DNA of 32,000 bases from Planctomycetales bacterium (GCA_022646745.1 CP060262.1:1770001-1802000), one strand, 5' to 3'; positions 7,601 through 15,151 are shown, counted from the first letter of the stretch. The notes: generated from the sequence alone by a model not told the origin. Program-made: numbers and translations.

Positions 7601-8059
7601 CTAGTCGGCCCAGACGATGTAGTCGGAATTGACGGCGGGACGGCCGCAGGCCTTCAGCGATGTGTTCACATACCCGCGGTGGAATGCCGAGTGCAGCACC
7701 ATGTGCATCAGGATGTCATGCATGCTGCGCTCGCAGTTCTCCCCTTCATGGCTTCGGTATCGCAGGCGCAGGCGCAGGTAGGTGTCGTCCATGTTTGAAA
7801 GGATGATCTGCAGGCGCAGCTGCGTTGCCAGGTCCATGTCGCGAATCTGGCGGATCAGCTTGTCCGGCCACATGTCCACGTGGTCCGAGTTGCCCTTGTC
7901 AATCCGCTCCAGCCAGCATGCCCGCCCGGCGATGATGTGCGCAGCCTGCCGCCGCGCCTCTTTCGCGTGTTCGCAGTCACCGGCACGTTCCACGGCGCCG
8001 ATCACCTTTTCCGTCATTTCGAATTCGTAGGCGAACAGGCGCCTCAGTTGCGTGACCAT
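7601..8059 (-). CDS. DinB-family (DinB_2/YfiT-like) putative metal-dependent protein
   Basis: ATG at 8059 gives MVTQLRRLFAYEFEMTEKV...; C-terminal histidine motif HMVLHSAFHRGY is typical of the four-helix DinB superfamily. The longer ORF-track version (to 8425) runs antisense into the signal peptide of the next gene and looks non-coding. Confidence 0.7.
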   Translation of the reverse strand: MVTQLRRLFAYEFEMTEKVIGAVERAGDCEHAKEARRQAAHIIAGRACWLERIDKGNSDHVDMWPDKLIRQIRDMDLATQLRLQIILSNMDDTYLRLRLRYRSHEGENCERSMHDILMHMVLHSAFHRGYVNTSLKACGRPAVNSDYIVWAD

Positions 8060-8117
8060 AGGAATAATGTAACAGAGCCGGGCATTGCTGGACAGCCCGC
8101 ACAAAGGCCCGCAAGGT

Positions 8118-8146
8118 TTGTTTCCACCGCATTGACGGGGTACAAT
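8118..8146 (+). promoter_or_regulatory. Sigma70-like promoter candidate for 8192-10174
   Basis: TTGTTT (8118-8123), 17-nt spacer, TACAAT (8141-8146). Confidence 0.3.
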
Positions 8147-8191
8147 CACAGCGGGAATCACCGGCTGAAACAGAATTCCCGGGAGTATGTT

Positions 8192-10174
8192 ATGAAGGGA
8201 CGTAAGATCGCTTTTCTTCCCTGCGCCATCATCATCCTGCTGCTGCTTGGGGGCTGCGGTGGGAATGCCGGATCCGGCAATGGATCCACCGCACTGAATG
8301 ATGCCGCCGGGAAAGACATGAAGCTCGAACAGCAGCTGCAGGCTGAGCTGCTTGGACTGCTGGCCGATCGGGGGATTGATGCGCAGCGCAGCGCCAGCCG
8401 CCCACCGCTCGGTGAAAGCAACCATGTGTTCTCCAGCCGGCTCACGGCGAATGAACCGGACGGGGCAGGTGATGACGGATCACTGCGCCTGCTGTTCGTG
8501 CCCCGGCTGGCCGGTGACTACGATGGCAACGGTGAGGTCGGACTGTCGGACGTCACACCGCTGGCCCAGAATTTCGGCAAGAGCGTGCTGTATGGCAAAC
8601 CGGCGCTGCCCGGTGGCGCGGACAACCCGCCGGTTGGCGACCCCTACAGCGATGGGCATGCCAACTGGCTGCTGTCCCGCTGCGACGGGGATGGCAACGG
8701 GGTGATCAGCAGTGCCGACCTGACCGCGATCGCGCTGCACTTCGGCGAGCGCGCCGATGGCTGGCGCGTGGAATGGCGCAATGATGACTTCTCAGGATTC
8801 GCCCCGCTGGCGGACCCCAACGGGCTGCTCGATGGCTACAGCCTCGGCTGGCAGGACGGCCGGGTTTCCAACCTGGCCCAGGAGTTCATCCTGCCCTGGC
8901 CGCTGAGCGGACATGCCGAGGTGCGGCTGCGGGCCTGGGATGCCCGGACCGGCAGCGGGGGCGAAGCCAGTGCCGTTCAGGTCTATGACGTGGCCTCCAC
9001 TGACTGCGTCGCCGCCTTGCAGCTCATCGAGAATGAGCAGCCGGCCCCCTTCCTTGCACGCTTCACCGCGACCGGCAGCACGGTCGATGCGGACAGCTAC
9101 GAGCTGGACTTCGGCGACGGCAGCAGCCAGCTGATTGCCAGCATCACTGAATTCCCGGTCGAGCATCTGTATGAAACCGGTGGCACTTCGCTTGCCACCC
9201 TGACCGTCAACTGCGGCCAGGACAGCGCACAGGCCGGCATCACAGCGGTTGCCACCCCGGTGCCGACAGCCAAGCAGGCCCACATCCTGGCCTTCAGCAA
9301 TACGGGCTTCGCCCCGCAGACAGTGCATTTCTCCTACCAGTGGACTGATGAGCCGGCGGTCAGCTACACGCTGGACTTCGGCGATGGCAGCGAGCCCATC
9401 AAGGTCGAGGAGTGGGCCACCCAGCTGCCGACGGAGCATGTCTACACCACGGCCGGGGAATACACCGCCAGCCTGACGCTGGAGGCCCGTTACCTCGGGA
9501 CTTCCGTTGCCAGCGTGCCGGTCACGATCCTGCAGGGTACGCCTGAGCTGAACCTGAGCATCGAGGCGGAGTACATTGACGCCGGCAATGACAGCATCAT
9601 CTTCGACTTCAGTGGATCCTCCCCCGTCACCGCCGTGCTGTCACTTGGAGATGTATTTGCCCCGATAGAAATCGACCTCGGACTGGTCCAGCAGTACGCA
9701 ATCACCAGCGAGCAGATCATGCAGCTGGACAAGGATGAGAAGGCTACGATCAGCGTCGAGATTGCCGGTCAGACCTACAGCGATTCCGTGATGATCCCGC
9801 GAAAGAACATTGTCCTGACTCCCGGCGAGCTGGATGTGCTGCTGGTTTCCATGGACAATACTGGCAACATCCTCGAAACCTTCCCCGGAGTCGGATTCAG
9901 CCTGTTGCTCAGCCAGCATGCCAGCACCGGCTCACCGCTGGTCAACAAGTACACCACCGGCAGCGGCGGGTATTTCATGGTCAGAACCCAGCAGGACAAG
10001 CTCAGCAAACTGATCAATCCGGATGGGTCTGACCCGCTCGTACTGCTGCCGGACCCCGCTGACCGGGCCCTGCTGGAAGCGGACTACATCTGGCCTGAAG
10101 GGGACATCAGCCTTTCTCCGTTTGAACTTGTGTATGGAGGCACGCATTACATCAGGCTGCGTCCGCGCAGCTGA
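8192..10174 (+). CDS. Lipoprotein A: split dockerin-like module + Ig-like + 2 PKD-like repeats + C-terminal CarboxypepD_reg-like domain
   Basis: GGGAG lies upstream of ATG 8192. Signal peptide MKGRKIAFLPCAIIILLLLGGC then GG. Ca-loop/helix pairs GDYDGNGEVGLSDVTPLAQNFG and CDGDGNGVISSADLTAIALHFG. PKD-type YELDFGDGS and YTLDFGDGS. Paralogous to the next two CDSs. Confidence 0.8.
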   Translation: MKGRKIAFLPCAIIILLLLGGCGGNAGSGNGSTALNDAAGKDMKLEQQLQAELLGLLADRGIDAQRSASRPPLGESNHVFSSRLTANEPDGAGDDGSLRLLFVPRLAGDYDGNGEVGLSDVTPLAQNFGKSVLYGKPALPGGADNPPVGDPYSDGHANWLLSRCDGDGNGVISSADLTAIALHFGERADGWRVEWRNDDFSGFAPLADPNGLLDGYSLGWQDGRVSNLAQEFILPWPLSGHAEVRLRAWDARTGSGGEASAVQVYDVASTDCVAALQLIENEQPAPFLARFTATGSTVDADSYELDFGDGSSQLIASITEFPVEHLYETGGTSLATLTVNCGQDSAQAGITAVATPVPTAKQAHILAFSNTGFAPQTVHFSYQWTDEPAVSYTLDFGDGSEPIKVEEWATQLPTEHVYTTAGEYTASLTLEARYLGTSVASVPVTILQGTPELNLSIEAEYIDAGNDSIIFDFSGSSPVTAVLSLGDVFAPIEIDLGLVQQYAITSEQIMQLDKDEKATISVEIAGQTYSDSVMIPRKNIVLTPGELDVLLVSMDNTGNILETFPGVGFSLLLSQHASTGSPLVNKYTTGSGGYFMVRTQQDKLSKLINPDGSDPLVLLPDPADRALLEADYIWPEGDISLSPFELVYGGTHYIRLRPRS

Positions 10175-10200
10175 ACAGGCAGCGCAGCGGTCGGTCTCGC

Positions 10201-10230
10201 TTGCAAGCAGCTTGTGAGACACCGTATACT
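10201..10230 (+). promoter_or_regulatory. Sigma70-like promoter candidate for 10283-12250
   Basis: TTGCAA (10201-10206), 18-nt spacer, TATACT (10225-10230). The 10-bp palindrome GCTTGCAAGC (10199-10208) overlaps the -35. Confidence 0.4.
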
Positions 10231-10282
10231 GCTAATGGCTGAATCATGAGCGGCGGGCCGTAACCGCTCCCAGGAGTAATGC

Positions 10283-12250
10283 ATGCGTCGACTGAGCGGA
10301 TCATCCCGGTGGATACTGCTTGCCTGCCTGCTTTTGCTGACGGTGGGTTGTGCAGGCGGCGGAGGACAGAACACGGAGCAGCAGGCTGCCCTGCAGCAGC
10401 CTCCCGCAGCTGACCCGCAGCTGCTGGCTGAGCTGGAGGGCCTGCTGATGGACGAGCTGGCCCGGCTGGGCAAGGACCCGCAGCGCACGACTTCAGCGCC
10501 ACCCGCCGGGAATGGCAACGCCGTGTTCAACCTGCTGGTGGATGCCCGTCCGCCGGACGGCCTCGGCGGGCAGGGTGACTCGGAATTCCGCTTCTATCCC
10601 CGTATGGTCGGTGACTACGATGGCAATGGCGAGGTCGGCATCAGTGACATCACCCCGCTTGGGCAGTACTTCGGCGAGAGTGTGGTGTATGACGACCCGT
10701 TGGAGCACGGCGGGATCGCCTACTGGCCGAGCGGTGAACCGGACGGCGGCGGGCGCACCAACTGGCTGAAGGCCCGCGTCGACGGCGATGGCAACGGCGA
10801 GATCAACACGGCGGACATCACCCCGATCGCGATCCACTTCGGCGAGCACTGCGATGGCTGGCGCATCGAGCGGCGCTTCGCTGCGGAGACCGGCTTCGAG
10901 ATGCTGCCGCATGCTGACAATCCTGAGAGTGAGCTAAGCGTCGGCTGGAAGGAACTCGCCGAGAACAGCATCGGCTACCGCCTGCCCGGCGACTGGCCGG
11001 CCAGCGGTTACCTCGAGATGCGGGTGCAGGGCTGGGAATCGGCCAGTTCCAGTGGCGGTCCGATGAGCGACAGCAGTATCTATGAATTCACGGAAGGCAG
11101 TTGCGAGGCATTCCTGCAGGCCAGCCCAACGGTGGCTGACTTCCCCTTTGACGCGAGCTTCACGGCCGCGGGATCATCCGTGCTGGCCGACTCATACGTG
11201 ATTGACTTTGGCGACGGCACGGATGCCACTCTGGGCAGCCTGGCCGAATTCCCGCTGAGCCACCCGTACAACGAAGCGGGGATCTATGACGTGGTGTTCA
11301 CGGTCAGCTGTGGCACGGATGTCGCCACGGACAGCTTCCAGATCATCGCCACCCCGCTGCCCTGTGAGCTGGAGGCGGTGCTTGGTGTCAACCCGATGGA
11401 TGGCTTCGCCCCGCTCAAGGTGCTGTTCAGCCCGCTCGGCACCAGTCCCGGTGCGGCCGGCTATGAGCTGGACTTCGGCGATGGCAGCGAGGTCGCCAGC
11501 GGGGCCACGCCCTCTGAACTGGCAATCACCCATGAGTATACTGAGACCGGCAGCTACACCGCCACCCTGCGGGTGGTCTGCGAGAATGGTGGCAACGTCG
11601 AGACGACGGTCACGATAACCGTCGGCAACCCTGATGACGAGTGTGGCGTCAACCTGTCAGTCGATGACGACAGCCCGATCATCGGCACACCGACGGCATT
11701 CTTCTTCGGCGGCACCAGCGGTTCTGCTGCCCTGCTGGACCCCGGCGACGGCAGTGACGTGCAGTTCATCAACCTGCAGGGGCCGGAGCCGGTGTTCTAC
11801 ACCTACCCGGAGATCGGCACCTACACCGCGGTGCTGTCCATCCTCTGCAATGACAGCATGCACAGCGACTCGGTGCTGGTGTTCGTACTGCCTGAACCGA
11901 TCAACACTTTCGATGCGGCGGGCAAGGTCTACCAGTACGAGTCCAACCCGCCGATCGGCGGACCGGAGCCGGACAAGTTCGCGATGGTTGGCGCGGAGAT
12001 GGAGATCTACAACTCGACTGACGACGTAGTGATGGGCACGACCACCACGGATGCGTCAGGTGCATACTTCTTCGATGGTGACAGCCTGGGCCTTGATGTC
12101 AACAAGATCTACTTCGTGCGGCCGACTGATGCGGAACGGGCCAAGCATGTCCCGCTGGACTGGTTCCCGGGCCAGGCCACGATCGCCGCACCGCCGGCTG
12201 ACATGGTTTACACATGCACTGACATCAACCTGCTGGCAACGGAGGTCTGA
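10283..12250 (+). CDS. Lipoprotein B: split dockerin-like module + Ig-like + 3 PKD-like repeats + CarboxypepD_reg-like domain
   Basis: AGGAG lies 7 nt before ATG 10283. Signal peptide with lipobox LTVGC then AGGGG. Ca-loop pairs GDYDGNGEVGISDITPLGQYFG and VDGDGNGEINTADITPIAIHFG. PKD-type YVIDFGDGT, YELDFGDGS and LLDPGDGS. C-terminal TTTDASGAYFF; ends DINLLATEV. Confidence 0.85.
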   Translation: MRRLSGSSRWILLACLLLLTVGCAGGGGQNTEQQAALQQPPAADPQLLAELEGLLMDELARLGKDPQRTTSAPPAGNGNAVFNLLVDARPPDGLGGQGDSEFRFYPRMVGDYDGNGEVGISDITPLGQYFGESVVYDDPLEHGGIAYWPSGEPDGGGRTNWLKARVDGDGNGEINTADITPIAIHFGEHCDGWRIERRFAAETGFEMLPHADNPESELSVGWKELAENSIGYRLPGDWPASGYLEMRVQGWESASSSGGPMSDSSIYEFTEGSCEAFLQASPTVADFPFDASFTAAGSSVLADSYVIDFGDGTDATLGSLAEFPLSHPYNEAGIYDVVFTVSCGTDVATDSFQIIATPLPCELEAVLGVNPMDGFAPLKVLFSPLGTSPGAAGYELDFGDGSEVASGATPSELAITHEYTETGSYTATLRVVCENGGNVETTVTITVGNPDDECGVNLSVDDDSPIIGTPTAFFFGGTSGSAALLDPGDGSDVQFINLQGPEPVFYTYPEIGTYTAVLSILCNDSMHSDSVLVFVLPEPINTFDAAGKVYQYESNPPIGGPEPDKFAMVGAEMEIYNSTDDVVMGTTTTDASGAYFFDGDSLGLDVNKIYFVRPTDAERAKHVPLDWFPGQATIAAPPADMVYTCTDINLLATEV

Positions 12251-12498
12251 CGGCAGGTGCAAAATGGACTCCCTGAAAACGGCATGAATTGAACCTTTTG
12301 CCACTATGCCTGTTCTGGCATAATCCGCATAGATGCAGGTCCCTGCATGCCAGTCAGCTACTGCCGGCTGGAAAATGTGGATATGGACACGGTTACCATG
12401 TAACCAGGCTGTGTGCAAACCGGTGTGCAGGGCCTGCATTCCATTGAAGGTGCGTGCTGCTCTGCGGTTGATGGCAACGCAGTTTAGTGCCCCTGCGC

Positions 12499-12526
12499 TT
12501 GAAGCGCTCCCTCTTTGCGGTATACA
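12499..12526 (+). promoter_or_regulatory. Promoter candidate for 12535-13986 (would give a leaderless or near-leaderless mRNA)
   Basis: TTGAAG (12499-12504), 16-nt spacer, TATACA (12521-12526). The ATG lies only 8 nt after the -10 and has no SD. The palindrome GCGCTT-G-AAGCGC (12495-12507) overlaps the -35. Confidence 0.35.
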
Positions 12527-12534
12527 GATATTGT

Positions 12535-13986
12535 ATGAACACCGCCAAGCGCAGATCCTCCGGCTGGATCACCCTGTTCTCCCTCCTGCTGGCAATCGCA
12601 TTGCTGCCGTCCTGCTCGGCTGGCCTTGATGGCCGTCCAGTGCAGTCCGGGGCGGATCTCCAACGGGAGCTGGAAGGCCGCCTGCTTTCGGAACTGGCCC
12701 GCCTGGGCAAGGACCCCGATCGTGCGGTGGCCAGTGCACCGCAGGGTAGTGGCAACGCCGTATTCAACCTCACGGCGGAGCCCAATGACCCGGACGGGCC
12801 GGGCGGCCAGCCGCCACTGTCCGTTGAGCTGAGCTGGACGGCGCGCATCGTGGGCGACTACGACCAGAACGGCGAGGTAGGGATTGCCGACATCACGCCG
12901 CTCGGGCAGTTCTTCAAGCAGTCCGTTGCCTATGACGACCCGCTGGACCACGACGGCATCAGCTTCTGGCCGGCCGGCGACCCACTCGCGGATGGCAAGG
13001 CCAACTGGCGCAGCGCCGCCGTGGACGGCGATGCCAACGGTGAGATCAACGCGGCCGACATCACCCCGATCGCGATCCACTTCGGTGAGCGGATTGATGG
13101 CTTCAATATCTACCTGAAGCAGACCGGCGAGACGGAGTTCAGCATCCTGCCGAACCTGCTCGACCCATTCGTCTCGGTCAGTGTTTCGCTGAAGGCCGCC
13201 GGAAACGGCCCGGCGAATTACACAGCGAGCATCCCCTGGCCATCCTCCGGGATGGCGGAGATCGCCGTGGCAGGGTACGACAGCCAGAGCAGCTCGGCCG
13301 CGCAGCTTTCCAACATAGTCAGCGTCAGCGGTGATCCCGGATCTCCGCCGGGCAGCTGTGTGGCGGAGCTGACGGTTGATGTCCCCTCTGGGCAGGCTCC
13401 ACTTGGCGTGATGTTCGGGCTGGGCGGTTCCAGCACGGGTGATCCAGGCGACTACCGCTACGTGCTCGACAGCGGTGAGGGCGGGGCACGCTTCAGCTTT
13501 GAGGACAGTGCTTCCTTCCCGCTGGCCTATACATTCCTCAGCGGCGGGACCTTCAATGCCGTGCTGGCCGTGGTCTGCCTGGCGGATGGCCAGGTGGCCT
13601 TCTCCGACCCGGTGAGTGTCACGGTCACGGATCCGGCTGGGCCCGGCCTCAACCTGAACGGCTTCGTCTGGCAGTACGAGAGCAACCCGGAACTGGGCGG
13701 GCAGGATGAACCTCCCAAGAACCCGCTGGAGGGTATCGAGGTCGAGGTTTACATCCTTGGCGAATCCACGCCGCTGGCCGTGACCACCACCGCGGCGAAC
13801 GGCGAATATGTCTTCCCCAACCTGCAGATTGACGAGTCGGTGGAACTGCTGAACGTGAAGGTCAGCGATGCGCAGAAGGCCGAGCTGCTGCCGCTGACCT
13901 GGCTGCCCGGGGAGCGGATCCTGCTGCTGGACAGCCATGAGCAGTTCACGGCAGCCGACATGAACCTGCTGGCCACCGCCGTCTAG
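12535..13986 (+). CDS. Lipoprotein C: split dockerin-like module + Ig-like + 1 PKD-like repeat + CarboxypepD_reg-like domain
   Basis: ATG 12535 gives MNTAKRRSSGWITLFSLLLAIALLPSC then SAG. Ca-loop pairs GDYDQNGEVGIADITPLGQFFK and VDGDANGEINAADITPIAIHFG. C-terminal TTTAANGEYVF; ends DMNLLATAV, like lipoprotein B. Confidence 0.8.
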   Translation: MNTAKRRSSGWITLFSLLLAIALLPSCSAGLDGRPVQSGADLQRELEGRLLSELARLGKDPDRAVASAPQGSGNAVFNLTAEPNDPDGPGGQPPLSVELSWTARIVGDYDQNGEVGIADITPLGQFFKQSVAYDDPLDHDGISFWPAGDPLADGKANWRSAAVDGDANGEINAADITPIAIHFGERIDGFNIYLKQTGETEFSILPNLLDPFVSVSVSLKAAGNGPANYTASIPWPSSGMAEIAVAGYDSQSSSAAQLSNIVSVSGDPGSPPGSCVAELTVDVPSGQAPLGVMFGLGGSSTGDPGDYRYVLDSGEGGARFSFEDSASFPLAYTFLSGGTFNAVLAVVCLADGQVAFSDPVSVTVTDPAGPGLNLNGFVWQYESNPELGGQDEPPKNPLEGIEVEVYILGESTPLAVTTTAANGEYVFPNLQIDESVELLNVKVSDAQKAELLPLTWLPGERILLLDSHEQFTAADMNLLATAV

Positions 13987-14127
13987 CCCAGGGACTGCGA
14001 ATTCCTCATATGTGAACTCGCGCTTAAGCGCTGCAGTCGCGTGCGCGCGGGCCGATGAATAGCCTGCAGGGTGGATGGGCCCTGTTACCGGCAAACCTAC
14101 ATTGATATAGCCATTCCCCCCCCATTG

Positions 14128-14162
14128 CGGGAGGAGCCTCCGGGCTTCTCCCGTGCCTTTTT
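14128..14162 (+). terminator. Rho-independent terminator
   Basis: CGGGAGGAGCC-TCCG-GGCTTCTCCCG 11-bp stem (one G-U pair) followed by TGCCTTTTTCC. Confidence 0.65.
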
Positions 14163-14268
14163 CCACAGCCAGCCAGTCCCGGACCGGGAATATCAACGAA
14201 AGCAAATCCCGGTTGATGGATTGTTGGCCTCCATCGGCCGATATACCTTATTAATGAACAGAGAATGT

Positions 14269-14298
14269 TTGACAAATTTTCTCTGGATAGGGTAGTAT
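14269..14298 (+). promoter_or_regulatory. Sigma70-like promoter candidate for the OMP gene
   Basis: Perfect -35 TTGACA (14269-14274), 18-nt spacer, TAGTAT (14293-14298), in an unusually AT-rich stretch. Confidence 0.45.
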
Positions 14299-14354
14299 CT
14301 TCGATCAGCAGGTGTCGTAAGATGCCAGCTAATGGAATATTCCGGGAGGAAGCG

Positions 14355-14888
14355 ATGAAAAAGCTGACGGCAATCCTTTGCTTTGTGGTTACCGTAATGT
14401 GGGCCAGCAGTGCATTCGCTCAGTACTCAGCTCTTGATGACCAGAACGAATTCGGTCCGGCAATCGGTATCGGTGGCCTGCTGCTCAGTGGTGACGACTC
14501 AGCTGGTAACAGCCAGAATGACTTCGTCCCGACCCTGAACCTCAGTGGCCTGTCCGACGTGCTTGCCTACCAGCTGTATTTCGGCCTGGACAGCGATGTT
14601 GACGTCTGGGGTCTCGACCTCGACTACGTCGTGGCGGACAACTTCGACGAGTGCGCCCCCTGCGCCGGCGAGGGTGGTTCCTGGTGGTTCGGCGTTGGTG
14701 CCAGCTACATGGACTACAGCGACCTGTTCAACGACAGCGGTGCCGGTGTGAGTGGTGACGACTTCGGTCCGAACCTGGCCTTCGGTTACATCTGGGACGA
14801 GTGGAGCTTCAACCTCTACGCCCGCTACTTCATGGATGCTGAGGCCTTCAGCGTGATGGGCAGCATCAACTACTCCTTCGACAGCTAA
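14355..14888 (+). CDS. Small outer-membrane beta-barrel protein (OmpX/OmpW-size, ~155-aa mature)
   Basis: GGGAGGAAG lies just upstream of ATG 14355. Cleavable signal peptide MKKLTAILCFVVTVMWASSAFA then QY. Alternating hydrophobic/aromatic beta-strand pattern (WGLDLDYVV, WWFGVGASYM, NLAFGYIW, WSFNLYARYF) with the last strand SINYSF near the C-terminus. The upstream part of the ORF-track call (14265-14354) is AT-rich and holds the promoter-like element. Confidence 0.7.
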   Translation: MKKLTAILCFVVTVMWASSAFAQYSALDDQNEFGPAIGIGGLLLSGDDSAGNSQNDFVPTLNLSGLSDVLAYQLYFGLDSDVDVWGLDLDYVVADNFDECAPCAGEGGSWWFGVGASYMDYSDLFNDSGAGVSGDDFGPNLAFGYIWDEWSFNLYARYFMDAEAFSVMGSINYSFDS

Positions 14889-14913
14889 GTCGGATCAGTC
14901 AGACCAAAGCCAG

Positions 14914-14942
14914 TCCCCGGGGCATGCCCCGGGGATTTTTTT
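14914..14942 (+). terminator. Rho-independent terminator
   Basis: TCCCCGGGG-CATG-CCCCGGGGA perfect 9-bp stem followed by TTTTTTT. Confidence 0.85.
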
Positions 14943-15009
14943 GCGCAATTTCCCAGGAAACACTTGGAACTTCCTGAATTTCTGCTAGTCTATATATTGC
15001 GTGTCCGCT

Positions 15010-15043
15010 CCGGCGGTCGAAAGACCGCCGGTTCTTTTATTTT
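15010..15043 (+). terminator. Second, orphan rho-independent terminator
   Basis: CCGGCGGTC-GAAA-GACCGCCGG perfect 9-bp stem with GNRA loop, followed by TTCTTTTATTTTC. It lies 68 nt after the previous terminator with no ORF in between. Confidence 0.7.
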
Positions 15044-15109
15044 CTATGCAGGTTTTTCGCCGAATCCCCACCAACACTGCCCTTAGCCCTGTTTTTGCGC
15101 GCTGTGGCT

Positions 15110-15138
15110 TTGACTGTGCCCCGGTAATACCTTAAAAT
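15110..15138 (+). promoter_or_regulatory. Sigma70-like promoter candidate for 15152-15904
   Basis: TTGACT (15110-15115), 17-nt spacer, TAAAAT (15133-15138). The ATG lies 13 nt after the -10 with no SD in between. Confidence 0.45.
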
Positions 15139-15151
15139 ATCCAGTTCTGTA

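Noticed and set aside
7880-8191. N-terminal 104-aa extension of the first dockerin lipoprotein in the ORF track
   Set aside because: It runs antisense through the DinB-family gene and the divergent intergenic region. An internal ATG at 8192 with a GGGAG SD yields a textbook lipoprotein signal peptide matching the two paralogs.
8192-13986. Diversity-generating retroelement or phase-variation system acting on the paralogous lipoproteins
   Set aside because: There is no reverse transcriptase and no template/variable repeat pair with adenine-specific differences. There are no invertible-promoter inverted repeats or recombinase, and no homopolymer or short-repeat tracts at the 5' ends.
12484-14205. 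573-aa ORF on the minus strand, plus similar long antisense ORFs at 2418-3299(-), 3420-4316(-), 4842-5807(-), 6473-7339(-), 16560-17570(-), 18292-19170(-), 24025-24918(-) and 27901-29217(+)
   Set aside because: Each lies exactly antisense to a CDS with recognisable motifs or paralogs. Their translations are Arg/Val/His/Gly/Asp-rich with no motifs. Long stop-free antisense frames are expected in GC-rich DNA.
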